64,000 nt of DNA from Antedon mediterranea (taxonomy: Eukaryota > Animalia > Echinodermata), in the NCBI RefSeq assembly GCF_964355755.1, contig NC_092673.1, positions 8,804,001 through 8,868,000 on the forward strand, in the 5' to 3' direction. The notes under the pieces are model-generated. The model was not told where the DNA came from, ran no database searches, and saw only the letters and a list, made by a program, of their open reading frames with translations. A program made the position numbers and the translations under genes. This document shows, in pieces, positions 12,401 through 25,589 of the stretch (position 1 is its first letter; every line of letters starts with the position of its first letter).

Positions 12401-15400
12401 TTCACACGATAAAGTTAGTTATCAAATTTGGAGTAAAAATACAAGCGAAGGAAACTAGCGCCAGGTTTATTAGTACGTACATGGACAACAATAAATAAAA
12501 ATCGTTCGTAATATACCTAGCTTACTAAATCAGGAATAGTGTATCATTATTAAATATTACACCAATTATTATTTTATCAAAATTGATTAAATTATTTTCT
12601 ACATAGGCCTCTTATCTAGGTTAGGGCTAAGCATATTAGCTAAAGTTTAATTTTAGGCCTAGTATTACAATTGTCGGACGTAAGTCTTTTTTCACACGCG
12701 CTCCAGAATTCTGTCGCAATTTTTTTCTTTGCGGCATGTTATTGGATCGGCATATCAGTTACCTTTTATTCACCGCCAGTTATTGAACTTGTCCTAGCAA
12801 TCGCTGTTCACCTTATTTGCGAGAGAGGTACACGTGTTGTTCCTAGAGAATGGAATGTCAAAAATGTCTTTGGCACGCCGCTCAGAGAGAAGTCTGTGCG
12901 TTGCTGCATGCTGAAACCACGTGCTATAGGAGGGGAATGCACCACAATCCTCTGAGCTGAGGGCTGAATCATTCCGCTACCTGCTAAATAGTAAAGAGGG
13001 ATTGTCCATCTCTCGGGTCTACCGGATCTAGGCGCAGGGGTGTGGCAAAATATTATTTTCACTCTGCTATGTTCGAGAGACATGTGAGTGAACACGCTCG
13101 AAATGCCAACAAACATTGCAGTCATTTGATGAGTGTGTCGCTATAACATATATTATTGTTTATCGAAAGTTGAAGACTGTCGTTCAGATTTTTGAACCGT
13201 AGTTTGGGCACTTTTGTAAAAGTAAAATTTGACACGATATGACTTGAATGAAAAAACAATCGTTACATAAAAATAAACAACATGATGAGTGTATACACGA
13301 ATCTATTTAGATACGCTTGTACGTATCGATTGATTATTAGGCCTATAATATAGCATAATAGCCCGTTAAGATATGCCTCGCACCTTTTTGAAATTGTAAA
13401 CTATATGCCTCGCATGCCTCGCACTTTTAGAAATGATAAAATGATGCCTCGCACAAATATTTGGCATGCCTCGCGTGCCTCGCACTTTGTCAACACTCTA
13501 GCCTATTTACACTTACTTACAACTAATAAAAAATTTTTTTTTTTAAATATATATTTTCCGGGGACATTTTATGTAAGGAAATTTTACAATAGGCGGAGGT
13601 TTGTACTCTCGAAATACCGTCTAGTTTTGTTCATGTTATTGTTTTTTTTTTATTTTGTAACTTTTGTTACCATTATATCGGATAAGCGTATTATAAATAC
13701 TTTATTTACCTATGACTGTGTTACCTAGTACAGTAACTGTCATAACACAGGTTTGTACTCTCGAAATACCGTCTAGTTTTGTTCATGTTATTGTTTTTTT
13801 TTTATTTTGTAACTTTTGTTACCATTATATCGGATAAGCGTATTATAAATACTTTATTTACCTATGACTGTGTTACCTAGTACAGTAACTGTCATATCGC
13901 TAAATTCGCGGATGATACTACCATTGTAGGTCTAATCAATGATGACAGTGATGAGTCTAATTATCGCAACCAAGTTAAACGAGTTGTAGACTGGTGTAAT
14001 GAAAACAATCTGTTCTTGAATGTATCTAAGACTAAAGAAATGGTTGTTGACTTCCGTAAATCACTTAATGTCAAATATCCAATATTTATTAATGGTATAT
14101 CAGTTGAGTTTGTAGAAGAATTTAAATTCTTGGGTATTTATAATTCAAATGATCTGAAGTGGCATATTAACACACGTAACATTATTAGAAAGGCCCAAAG
14201 AAGAATCTACTTCCTACGTAGACTTAAATCGTTTGGTATAAAACTCTGAAATAATGTCGTCCTTCTGTAGGTCAGTTATAGAGAGTGTCATAACGTATTC
14301 TTTAACGGTATGGTTCGGTAGCACTACCGAAAATGAAAAGCGTGACCTAAATAGAATAGTAAAGACCGCACCGCATATAATTGGATCTGCACAATTGCCT
14401 TTAGAGAACATATTTTCGGATCGTCTTCTGAAAAAGGCAGTGGCTATCAAAGATGATCAATTTCATCCGGCCTCTAGTAGTGTTCCAGTTGATGCGCAGC
14501 GGTCGGCGATTTCGTTCTATTAAGGCCAATAAGGCACGATTTACAAATAGTTTCTTTCCAGGAGCTATCAGAGCCTTAAACATAATGTAGACACTTTTTT
14601 GTAATGTTTTTGTTTTTGAGTTCGTGTTGTGTCCGTTGGATATTGTGCTCCGCCGACAGAGCAAACAGAATTTCTATGTTTTTTCTTAAAACAAATGATA
14701 AATAAAAAAAGTTGACTTGACTTGTTCATTTTTAGCCTGGGTGCAGTACAAATTTTGCGGGAAAAAAGTATAGGAAAATTTTTTTCTTTTTTTTCTGATA
14801 GAGTATACAATATAGAATGTCAGAAAAAAAATCCCCATCCCAGGGTCTTGGGGAAAATTTTTTACGGCACTTTTAAATTTTGGCCTATATAACACACACA
14901 AATGCCTATATATAGTGGATAGGGAAAACCAATTCACGTTTTTTTTACTTGGAGTTGTGTTATGATGATTAAAATTTGCTGAGGCTTACTTTAATAACTA
15001 CTTCTCATAGTAGTTGATAAATCGAGTGGATAACAATGACATCATCATGCCAGAATCCAATATGGCGTCCAATTTGGCGGAAAAAACAGGGTATTGCTAA
15101 ACCCCCGCAAACCCTTGCAAACCTAAAAAAAACCATAGCAAACCCCACCGAACCAACATAAAAGAGATTGAATCATGTAGTGTACAACCCACTGGGTATA
15201 TCCATGTAAAAAAAAAATTAAATTTCTACTGTTAACTACTTATTTTTGGGGTAAAACATAATTTTTTGGTCAAAAATGATTGCTAAACCCTGCAAACCTC
15301 CAAAAAAACATAGCAAACCCCACCGAACCAACATAATAAAAGTGATTGAATCATGTAGTGTACGACCCACTGGGTATATCCATGTTAACAAAAATTGAAT

Positions 15401-18400
15401 TTCTACTGTTAACTACTTATTTTTGGGGTAAAACATCATTTTTTGGTAAAAAATGATAGCTAATTTTTAACCAAAAAATGATGTTTTACCCCAAAAATAA
15501 GTAGTTAACAATAGAAATTTAATTTTTTTTTTACATGGACATACCCAGTGGGTCGTACACTCCATGATTCAATCACTTTTATGTTGGTTCGGTGGGGTTT
15601 GCTATGTTTTTTTTTAGGTTTGCAGGGGTTTGCGGGGGTTTAGCAATACTCTGTTTTTTCCCGCCAAATTGGACGCTATATTGGATTCTGGCATGATGAT
15701 GTCATCGTATCGACTTGATTCATCAACTACTATGAGAAGTAGTTATTAAAGTAAGCCTCTACTAATTTTAATCATTAAAACACAACTGCAAGTAACAAAC
15801 ACCGTTAATTGATTTTTCCTATCCCCTATATATAGGTATTTGTGTGTGTTAATAGGAATTTGTGTGTGTTATATAGGCCAAAATTTAAAAGTGCCATAAA
15901 AAATTGTCTATACTTTTTTCCCGCAAATGTGTATATTAATTGTTCTGCACCCAGGCTATTTCTAATTAGGTGATCATTTAGAATAAAATGATCACCTATT
16001 GTTATTGTATGAAATCTTTATTCTTTCTGTACACTATTTTGTGTAACAATTATCTCAAAAAGTTAAATGTCAATGATTACCAAAATTTCACAATGTCTTT
16101 CAAATACTGTAACTTAGTCCTAATAAGCTTTTCAGCGTGATCACTCATCCTTGACGTCATTTATACGCCATTTTGTGAAATCACATTATCAATCATATCT
16201 CCATAACTCATTATCACATATTAATAAAATTCACAACACGTAAACTTCAGGTCAAGGGTAAAAATATTAGCAAATAAAAACGCACGCGCACGTAGGGTCA
16301 TGCGCGTGAAATCACGCGTAAAAAATTTAAAAAGCTCAAAATTATGTTTTGATCAATTTAGAGCATGAATTAGGCCATTTGCGTGTTTTAAAAAATTACT
16401 GCGCAAAAACACGTTTTTGCGCGTGCGTACACAGAAAGTTTTAAAAATACAATTTTTTTGTCCAAACTGCATTCTACTCATCTTCCTTGGTACATCCACC
16501 AAATTTGAGTCCATTTCGACTTAAAATAGTGCTATACGAGCACGTTAAAAATGACAAAATGCGCACATTAATTGTACAAAAGTGCTAAAAATGGTAAAAA
16601 AATAAGGCATTTCTGAAATGAAAATAATTCTTCAGAATGCATGGTGACCCCCAATTTTTTTAACTTATTATGGAAGCCAATGAGTTGTAGATATACATGT
16701 ATATACACATTATACATACAAAGTGGTATGACGTCATCATTTGGCCCCATGAATCTTTAAAATAGGGGTTTTTCCCCTTTTGTCATAGACCACCATATTC
16801 AACAGAGCGCAACTCGCTTATCTGTGATCGATTTTCTTTTAATTTTTAATACATTCTACCTCAACCAATTATGTTACTTATGAGTTGCCAATATTTTCTT
16901 TTGGATGACGTCATTACGTCTTAAAATTTAGATAACGGTGGTTACGTAATTTTACCTACAACATATATTTGAATACCTTACAGCTCTTCTGAATTAAAGT
17001 TGACCTCAATGTTTATAATTTAGTATGATAGCTGGTGAAATGTAGATATGAATTCATACAAAAATTAAGCCTATCAGATGTTGTGACGTTATCATATGGC
17101 CAGTTGAAGTTAAAAAGTAGTTTTTTCACCTCTTTTGTCAAAGTTATACAATTTTTAAAGAGCGTGCACGGCCCTTCTACGTGCCAAATTTTCTTCCAAT
17201 TGTTATATTTTATTGCTAAATTCATTATCTTTCGATATTGTTATCCACACAAGTTTTTTTTGATAATGTCATCAGTGCCAAAAACTTAGAACATGATGTG
17301 TGTCCATAATTTCACCTATGCTACACTGTATATAGATATACACAGTACAGAATATACTGTACATATTGTATTGGCATATAATAGGCACAACTCAGCACAA
17401 TAAGCGTATAATATTGTAACCGATTGTATGTTAACATACGTGTATGTTTAAAAAATATGAATGTCAATAAAATGATAAAAATGATCACCTATAATTCGTC
17501 AAAGTGACGAATTAAATTCTAGTTTGTTATTTGTTCTGTTTGTAAGTTTTTAATGTGTTCATTTTTGTATTTAATTCTTTTTGGATGCCCTGTTTACAAA
17601 AAAGTATCGTTTCCAAATAAACATTATTTTAATATAAAATTGTTAGCTTTGTTAAATGTAAACAAGCAAATAGACATTCCCAATATCTGTATCCTCACAA
17701 TTGCAGTTACCTTCTTAAATATTTGAAAATGTTTAATTCTATGTATGTATTTCTTTGTGGAGGCTATTATTTGTTCTGTCTACATGTTTGTTTTTGTTTT
17801 TTATATGGCGAAATAAATTATAAATGACTTATTGTACATTATGCACTTTATATTGAAATGTATATTTTTAGGAATCTTTATCAAAGGATGTAACACATGT
17901 GGAAGGTCAACCTAGTGATGTGACAGACACATTGAAGAAAGCTAATCAAGACTTTGATGAAGTGGAAGAAGATGAGTTGTGTGGAACTCAATGTTGTCTG
18001 CTTTATTCACAAGAATGGGGAGAATCTCAGTATCACAATGCAATAGTTCTAAATAGTGAAAACACTTGTGGTAAAGAGGAGGTAGATGGTTTTGTTTTTT
18101 TTTTTCTAAAGAAAAATTAGGCTGTTTAACAGCATTACCTCCTGATTTGTCTGTAAAGATGTGATGGTTTACTGTGCTTTTATGACAAATAACCATATAA
18201 GCTGTTACCTACTTTGTTGTCCAACCAATTTGGACCAATTTTGCAATCTCAATTGTCAAAACTAAACCAAATAAAGCTTGTGGTGTTTTTCCTTGTTTCA
18301 GGTTAAAGTGAGAGTGTTATTTTGTAACCCTACTCATGTTTCTATGGTTCCATGTCCGTATTTCCTGGAAGGAAAATGTAAATTTTTGGAAAGTGACTGC

Positions 18401-21400
18401 AAGTTCTCTCATGGGCATCTAGTAAATGTTGAAGAATTAGAGAATTATAAAGAGCCTGATTTTAGGCAAGTATGATCATTTAATTAAAGATGAATTGTCT
18501 CAACCCTAACACTTTCCTCTGAAATGAACAAGGAGAAATATATGTTTTAACACTATAGACACACCACAATTTTGTTGGTACATTATTTAAAACTACTTTT
18601 TTCATTTTACAGTAAATTAGAAACTGGTTGCAAATGTTTAGCAAAACATGATATGATATGGCACAAAGCAATAGTTGGCAATATAGACCTTGAAAAGCAT
18701 CAAATTACAGTACAATATGAAAACTATGATGAATCGGCCACATTAGACCTTGACAGCATTCTTCCTATTGGTACATTCATTTTAATTTTTTATTTATTAC
18801 ATGGATAATAATGTTAAATTAGGATATTAATGCTCGCACTTTTAAATGAACTATTAATATATAATTCTTTATTGACTCTCACTGTACGTTACAGTATTGT
18901 CATAGAAAACAAATAGCAAATAACAAATATAATTAATTGCTCTGTAGTTGTGAAAGTCCATACTGTGTGTAAATCTAACCTTACAATATTTCTGTGAAGA
19001 AAGAATTGGTGACGTATTTCATACTATGCTTGACAGTGACTTGCTTCTTTTTCTAAAAAAAATATTCTAGAAAATATTGAATACTCCTCATCATCTGAAA
19101 GTGAAGAGGAATTTACAGTCTCCCTTGCTGGTCCCTCTACATCTGACATTAACTTACTGTGGAAACCAGAAGGTGGTTGTGCAATTGGTGAATGGGAAAA
19201 GTACACTTCAGGAATTGGATCAAAGCTTATGTTGAAAATGGGTTATGAATATGGGTAAGCAGTAACTAAATATAAACTGTTAATGTTATATTTCACTCAT
19301 TCACTCAAACCCTTGACACTCTCTGAGTCGTTAGGTAGGGGGAGGCCTGAAGAAGCAGTCGTTTGCCTCCATGGTCATATCAGTCTAGTCTTTGATTTTG
19401 TCCACCCAGCTCATTCATCCTCTGCCATCCTCTTCTGCATCCTCCTTTAACAGTGCCCTGCAAGATGGTTTTGGACAGGCTGTTGTGCCACGTGGTGTTT
19501 GAACCACGCCAGCTTGCGCCGCTTGATGGTGGCGAATAAAGGTTCCTGGGGGCCCAGCAGGTTATTGACAGTGTTCAGAACATATTGGTTGGTTTTATGT
19601 TCTCTACATGAAATGCCAAGTAGTCTTCTCGTAAATTTGGTCTCGAAAGCCTGGATTTTTCTTTCTTTGTCTTTTTTTATGGTCCACGTTTCGCATCCAT
19701 ACAGCAGGATTGAAACAACCAGTACCTTGTAGAGTTGAAACTTAGTATGGAAGCGGATGTTGCTCTTCCATACCTTATCCAGTCTTGCCAATTCTGCAGT
19801 GATCCGATTGCGGATATCTGCTGTGCAGGTGCCATCCTTGGAGAGGATAGCTTCAAACTATTTGAAGCTGTCAACTTCTTTGAGTGGTTCCTTTTTAGAG
19901 TGATGTTTACATTGGTGGTATTTGTGCAGTTTAGCAGTGTCTTCGATTTCTCCGCACTTATCTCCATGCCGTAAGCGCTGACTCTTAAATCCAGACTGCT
20001 GGTGAGGTTCGTTGTTACTGCCTCCCAAAAAGTCTATGTCATCTTTCCTAGTGTATTGTTCAGGAGCACCGTGCTGCTGGACATAGAGGGCCTTGACGAT
20101 TGGGACGATTTCTTCCTCGACACCAAATATTCTAAGGACTTGCCAAAGACCTTCGTGCCACACTCTGTCAAAGGCCTTTTTGAAGTCGATGAAATTGTGG
20201 AACAGATCCTTTTAGTGTTGGAGATGTAGGACCTTGCAGTTCCACCGTGCTCGAAAACCTGCCTGCTCTTCTGACAGAATTTCCTCAGCCTTGGATTTAA
20301 AGCGGTTAAGGATGACACAGAGCAGCACTTTGCTAGGATGGCTGATCAATGTTATATTTAAATTTATATAAATAATAATAATAATAATCATCATCAAGTG
20401 GACGCATTCTGCGATGTAGTTCACAATGCCATGCCATAGTTCTTTGTTCATTTGATTTGGTACAGTACTATAGGTCATCAATGAATAGGTTGGTATCTTT
20501 TGCAACACAGTCAACATAATTCATTGATATGATAGCCATAAGATTATGTCGGAGATGATCTGCTCTTTTGTTCGATAGCAGTGACCTGCAATTCAAAATC
20601 TACATTGGGAGACTATGGATGGTATTGGAGGGATATTTCAGTCTTTGTTTTATGTTCTCGACATCAAATGTTCTGCATTCTCAGGAGACCAATCCATCTT
20701 TGGGAACAAGTATAATATAAATACAGAAACAGATGTTACTGCGCGGTTGGACGTTGACTGGGTTGTGAACAGCTGAATATTTTAGGAAACTTTACTACTG
20801 TCATGGAGAAAGACCCAATAAGAATGAATCCTAGTCCCCTCACCTGTAAATGAGTACCTGGTTGTAAAATACTGGGAAGATTCTAACAGCTTATTATATG
20901 AATACTATACAGAACTCACTTTCACCTTTACCGTACGTCATTTTACAAAGTTTTTTGCTTATAGGTAACATTGACTATTCACTGTCCATATTTTAACATG
21001 TACACATTTTGTAAGATCTTTTTTACCATCAATGAAAGTCAGTTCCAAATAAAAATGTATTACATACATGGGAAAATTGTAATGCACAACTAAAATACAA
21101 TGCAAGTAAGAGATTTGTAAATAATATGATCATGTCTTTGGTTTTTTTTTTTTTGGTTTTTTTTTCAATATAAAATTTATTGACATCATTTACACAAATT
21201 CTACATGTATTTATGAATTGTTAAACACTTATAATGCCAACACAAACATGTACATTACATAAGGTTTGGCATTAAATTAGTCTCTCAACATTTAAAATTC
21301 TTTCTCAGAAAGGGTCTTGGTAAAAATGGTGAAGGACGTGTTGAGCCTGTAGAAGCTGTCATTGTTCCGCAAGGTAACTGTTGATTTATACATGTGCTCA

Positions 21401-24292
21401 TTTTATTTTACGGAAATGTTTGCTATTTCATAAAAATAGTTGAGACTGTTCTATACAGTTCATAACGTATCAAACCTTCACTGGTGTCCAGCTTATGGGT
21501 GTCTATTTTTACTTAATATACTGTACTGTACTGTGAATTGTTGACTGGTAATGGATATATTCTCTCCACCAAGGTATACAAATGGATATCTGGTAAGGTA
21601 AAGGCATAACTTGCGGTGATTACTAGCCACATTATGGGAGTACGTTTCCATGCGTGTTTGATTAAAAAATGAATAGGAATAATATGTACAGCGTTTACAA
21701 CATTATACGCTTTTTAAATCCAGAATATTATTATTAATCTTAAAAACAAAATTTGTATTCAGTTCATTAAAACGCAAATTACAAAATTACTGTATACTCA
21801 AAATAAATGTCACAGTGATATACTGTAATTTGCTTCTAAATCTAAATAAACTACTTTAGTAGTGATTCTAGCATTGATTGCATAGACACATTTTGTATTA
21901 TCAATTAATAAAATTTAATTAAATTTTCTTCTTTTAAGGAAAATCTCTAGATCATTGTATGGAGTTAAAAGAAAAGAAAAAGCTTAAAATTGTTGGTAAG
22001 AAAAGAAACAAAGGACTTAAAAAATCAAGTAATCAAACAAGTAAAAAGAAGGAAAATGTTTTTGAATTTATCAACTCTAGACTTGGCAATCATAAATGTA
22101 AGTTGGTTTTGTCTATTTAAAATGTGATTAATTATGAATATAAGTACAAAACAATTCATGTTATTGCAGATCACTTATAGGTTGTTGTACTACTGTATAT
22201 TGTTTTAAACAAGGGGTAATAACAAATTCCCATGTTTTAAAGCAGTCATCAGACTAAGTCATAATTAATGTTCTTTATTTCTAACCAAACCAACAGTGAT
22301 GTTATTTACAGTCGATCAGGCCTAGGTTTAATATGGAAAAAATGAATATAAAATAGGCCTAGTTACAATAAACTTCTAATTGTGTATTCTTAAATATTAA
22401 AATAAAAATGCTAGGCCCTACTCAGCCTGTGCTGCCCTTGCTCAAAACAATGATGAAATTCCTCCTCACATCAATCGGCAAGCGTGGCGCTGTGGGAGGA
22501 TTGATCGCTAAAATAATGTTTGAATTGGAATTAAACAGCTTACGACATTTCTTAGGTAAATTTTTATAAAATGTATAGTGTACTTGCTTGACGATCCTTT
22601 GTCCATTAAAAATCATATAATAAGGCTTAATGTGGTGTATCAAACGGCAAAAATACCATTGCCATGCTCTCCAGAGATCCGTCCAGCCGGCGTCATGTCC
22701 GTCCGTTCGTTGTTGTGTAGAAACAGAGTAGAGTACATTAATTATGGCCTATTAAACATGTGCCTCACCCACTGTGTAGCCAAAACATTTATATATTTAC
22801 ATCCCTAAATTTACAATCTCGTATTCTGTAATTTTACTGCCGCTATTCAATTGTTGATTGATGTCCATCGTGGAGGCGAAATACATTCACCAATTTGGTT
22901 CAACAAATTAAACAAGAAAATCAAATCGCGAAAATAAAAGGTCGCAAAATAATTGAAAATGTAAATTTTGGGCCACAAAAATGTTGGGCTTTACAGTATC
23001 TTAATCTACAAAATCAAAGCAAAATACAAATCTAAAAAATACAAATACTTTTTTTTTAATTCTACAGCTAAAGCAAATGAAAGATCAAAGACCAAGAAAG
23101 ATGATGCAAGTAATTCAAGTTCAGCAAGGGGACTAAATATTAAGGTACATATAAATGTATTTATATCAAAGGAATTCATTTGATAAAGTTATTTTTTTCA
23201 AAAAAATCCTGTGTCTTAAAAATACTATATACTCCACTAATTATCAGCTTATAGTGTCCAAAATCAATCAAATTCATGTAGATTCTTCACAATACATACA
23301 TGTCAACATCTGAAATTAAACCAGGAGGTGGTGGTTTTTTCAGAGCCATTCTGTATATTATTTATATACTGTATTGCTCTGGGTCTTTTAGGTCAACAAA
23401 GGCCTATTTATTGTCGAGACCAGAGGAGCGGTATGGAGTTTGTTGTGACCATCGTGGTGGCTATTTGGGGGGAGGGGGAGAAAACTCAATATATTATGAC
23501 TGCAGATAGTCGTACAATGGCTTAGATATTGTAAATTCGACACATACATCAAAATTCAGTTACCTCTGTAATCAGGGAGAAAATGTGGAAAATCGGAGTT
23601 TTTCGTGTTAGGCCGAGAGACAAGCCTAAAATATGAGAGTCTCCCGGCCAAAACGAGAATGTTGGCATGTCAGTGCTAAAAGCAGTAATACAGTAGTAGT
23701 ATTTTATAACGGTATCATTTTTTGTTTAAAATGCCACATAGCTTGTCCAAACACAAGAAGAGATTAAAAAAGTAGAGAAACATCTTGTTCACAAGAAAAC
23801 TGCACTTCAGCGAAATTCAAGGTAATTTGTTTTCTGTTTGTCTGTGGAAAACGGAGCAAGTAAGATGGTACAAAAACTCTTGAGCTATCTTTAATCTAAC
23901 AGGAAAGTGACAAAAAGTAACTAAAATTTACCATATAAAGTTCATTTGTATATAACTGCAGGTAATGTAATTTGTATTGTATATATTTGGTAAAAACCTT
24001 GGAATGAACTCCTAATTCAAAATACCCTATTATTTATTCTACCAACTTTATGTTTGTTATGGAAATATTGCCTTACTGGTGTTGAAATGTTTCCTCAGTT
24101 AAAAATTCAAACAAAAAATTTTAATTTTTCCATATGGTTGTTTGTTCTTCTAGAGACAAAGGCACTGCTGTCCACATGCAAGAACAAATCAATGAAATGG
24201 AAGGCTATCTTATTAAACTGAAGTCTTCAGAAAATAACATTATACAAAATCAGAAGTCAAGGAAACAACACAAAAAACTCACTATATTTTAG
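3421..24292 (+). CDS. ZGPAT: Zinc finger CCCH-type with G-patch domain protein (ZGPAT), 12 coding exons, 503 aa
   Basis: Exons 3421-3468, 9725-9827, 10499-10623, 17872-18081, 18302-18465, 18613-18770, 19071-19254, 21309-21373, 21939-22097, 23068-23144, 23742-23821, 24154-24292 sum to 1512 nt with compatible phases; MDERSL..LEQVEAAL..LQLTE N-terminus, CCCH finger CPYFLEGKCKF..CKFSHG, Tudor-like segment, G-patch [35 protein letters not shown], C-terminal HKKLTIF. Confidence 0.95.
4290..6105. mobile_element. Non-autonomous TIR DNA element in ZGPAT intron 1
   Basis: GAAATCGGTCGCG/TTTTGTATGG motifs at 4300-4415 mirrored by CCATACAAA/CGCGACCGATTTC at 5950-6095. Confidence 0.6.
6110..6745. mobile_element. 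MITE-like element rich in GACGATCGGGC/GCCCGATCGTC repeats in both orientations
   Basis: Many dispersed copies of the motif read directly. Confidence 0.5.
7743..8574 (-). mobile_element. Internally deleted PIF/Harbinger-like element with a Myb/SANT-like remnant
   Basis: TIR GG(G/C)CCTGTTTCTGCTGC, 3-bp AAA flanks, subterminal AAAATACGGTA repeats; minus ORF contains RIYKDISKKIKQQEYGIDLSPKQVNSKLKSLRS (trihelix/Myb-SANT-like). Confidence 0.7.
9725..9827 (+). CDS. ZGPAT: ZGPAT coding exon 2
   Basis: Poly-T + CTAG acceptor; LEQVEAALTSASDVDKNDLLQLQTDLRDALQLTE; GT donor. Confidence 0.9.
10499..10623 (+). CDS. ZGPAT: ZGPAT coding exon 3
   Basis: TTTCAG acceptor; ESLLSLKKSKLLDFLD..EAFR; GTAACT donor. 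Confidence 0.88.
11015..13625 (+). mobile_element. Helentron/HINE-like non-autonomous element interrupted by a nested TIR element
   Basis: Starts ATTACCTCCGCCAAGGAGGTTAT + (TG)n; ends GGCGGAGGT..CTAGTT (sub-terminal inverted repeat and CTAG end). Confidence 0.6.
11452..13500. mobile_element. hAT-like non-autonomous element containing an ~830-bp foldback (11630-12460)
   Basis: ACAAAGTGCGAGGCACGCGAGGCA at left, TGCCTCGCGTGCCTCGCACTTTGT at right; AGCCTATT directly repeated at both boundaries. Confidence 0.65.
13669..14724 (+). mobile_element. 5'-truncated, disrupted Rex1/Babar LINE with (GACTT)n tail; ~150-bp tandem duplication at its 5' junction
   Basis: KFADDTTIVGLI..LNVSKTKEMVVDFRK; near-identical to the 27737-28969 copy; 13598-13743 repeated at 13750-13894. 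Confidence 0.9.
14733..15958. mobile_element. 1.2-kb foldback DNA element with ~500-bp inverted arms
   Basis: Ends TAGCCTGGGTGCAG / CTGCACCCAGGCTA; arms mirror up to a centre near 15460; left arm carries an internal ~170-bp duplication. Confidence 0.85.
15963..17523 (+). mobile_element. Helentron/HINE-like non-autonomous rolling-circle element
   Basis: 5' TAGGTGATCATTT..AAATGATCACCTA; 3' AAATGATCACCTA + hairpin AATTCGTC-AAAGT-GACGAATT + CTAGTT. Confidence 0.7.
17872..18081 (+). CDS. ZGPAT: ZGPAT coding exon 4
   Basis: TTTTAG acceptor; ..LCGTQC..WGESQYHNAIVL..; phase 0 at both ends. Confidence 0.85.
18302..18465 (+). CDS. ZGPAT: ZGPAT coding exon 5 (CCCH zinc finger)
   Basis: VKVRVLFCNPTHVSMVPCPYFLEGKCKFLESDCKFSHG; ends at a GC donor AG|GCAAGT. 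Confidence 0.92.
18613..18770 (+). CDS. ZGPAT: ZGPAT coding exon 6 (Tudor-like)
   Basis: KLETGCKCLAKHDMIWHKAIV..ILPI. Confidence 0.88.
19071..19254 (+). CDS. ZGPAT: ZGPAT coding exon 7 (start of G-patch)
   Basis: [30 protein letters not shown] donor. Confidence 0.9.
19310..20350 (-). mobile_element. Decayed RTE (BovB-like) LINE RT fragment in ZGPAT intron 7
   Basis: EILSEEQAGFR, ILLYGCETWT..KIQAFE..RRLLGIS..EHKTN; several frameshifts. Confidence 0.88.
21309..21373 (+). CDS. ZGPAT: ZGPAT coding exon 8 (G-patch)
   Basis: [22 protein letters not shown]. Confidence 0.92.
21540..21735 (+). mobile_element. Probable SINE remnant (CORE-like segment + LINE-like tail)
   Basis: CTCCACCAAGGTATACAAATGGATA.. 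followed by TGTACAGCG..TATTATTATT tail. Confidence 0.35.
21939..22097 (+). CDS. ZGPAT: ZGPAT coding exon 9
   Basis: KSLDHCMELKEKK..NVFEFINSRL; GTAAGT donor. Confidence 0.9.
23068..23144 (+). CDS. ZGPAT: ZGPAT coding exon 10
   Basis: TACAG acceptor; ..SSARGLNIK; phases fit neighbouring exons. Confidence 0.8.
23742..23821 (+). CDS. ZGPAT: ZGPAT coding exon 11
   Basis: LVQTQEEIKKVEKHL..ALQRNS coiled coil. Confidence 0.85.
24154..24292 (+). CDS. ZGPAT: ZGPAT last coding exon
   Basis: DKGTAVHMQEQI..RKQHKKLTIF-stop, matching the conserved HKKxTxF C-terminus. Confidence 0.9.
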
Positions 24293-25589
24293 GGTTAGGG
24301 TTTGATATTTTGAAATGTGATTGTATTAGCTCCTCATTTGAAATTTTCTTTTTCATATGTGAGGTTTTTCAACAACATTCTGTCAATCACTATGTAGAAA
24401 ACACCAGCTGTACAATATTATGTACAATCTACTAGTAATTGAACACACAGGTTGTGGGAGAGCCTAGGAGGAGGAAATTAGAAGTTCGCAGAAATTCCTG
24501 GTGAACTATGATCTAGAGAGAAAAATTAAATACAGAATGAATGTAAAATCTCAGAAGCGTCGTAACGGAATTGAATCGATCAATGTTGGACCACTCGGTA
24601 TCAACTATATTTTTAAACTTTATAAAATATATGAATATGGTTCCAGTTATACTGTATTGCCTTTTAAACTAGATTGTTAATGTAACAATTGATAAGATAA
24701 ATATTTACAGTACAGAACAGTACAGAAACTGCACATCTATTATCTTTCTGATTTGCTTTGCGAAAAAAACAAAACCAGTTATAGGTAGTACGAGTGATTT
24801 GAAAATGCAACTTTTTCGCACATAGGTCTAAAAGCAGGCCTTCGTCGATCAGAAACGGTAAAGGTAAACATTTCGCTGGATGTGTTAGTGTAGCTGGATG
24901 CAAGATTTGTTCTAGAGAGTGATTTAGAATTTCCAACTCAGCCCAATCATAGAAGCGGACGAGAGAAACTTTTAATATACGATAGACCTCCGGTGCCCTG
25001 TCTCTCACAAGCGAGTTTGGCTGATCTTAGTGACGACTTTCTTAGAATGAGACAGTAATAAATTAATATTTGCTTACAGTAACATTAAAACACTATACAA
25101 TCAATTGTCTAGTATAAATCGATGCCAATGTTCTTGGGTCCTTAGGTACGGTAAACGGCGCTCCAGCCTTTTAACTGCTCGGCCATTCAAAAATTAGAAG
25201 ATTTTGTCCAGAATAGCAAAATTGGTATAATTGTGTCCAAAATAGAGAGGCTTTCCAATAGGCCTATATTAAATTCAGATTTGTCCAAAATGTGTAAATA
25301 AATAAATAAACTTAAATAGTGACAGTAGTAGGCTTACTATTTTGTGTCCAAAATAGAGAAACTTTCCAATATAAAGAAATTCAGATTTGTCCAAAAGGAA
25401 GACATTTTGTCCAGAATACCGACAGGCAAAAATGTATCCTGTCCAAAATATAAAAACTGTCCAATATGGAGAAATCTTGAAGTTGCAGCCTCTTTTTACT
25501 AGAGAAATAAACAGGTTTCTCATTGGTGTTATTTGTGGTTGGTTGTGTAATAATTTCATAACCACATGTGAGATCAAACTCAGATCGCT

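Noticed and set aside
24289-24300. TTAGGGTTAGGG overlapping the ZGPAT stop codon
   Set aside because: Only two telomere-like units; compatible with chance
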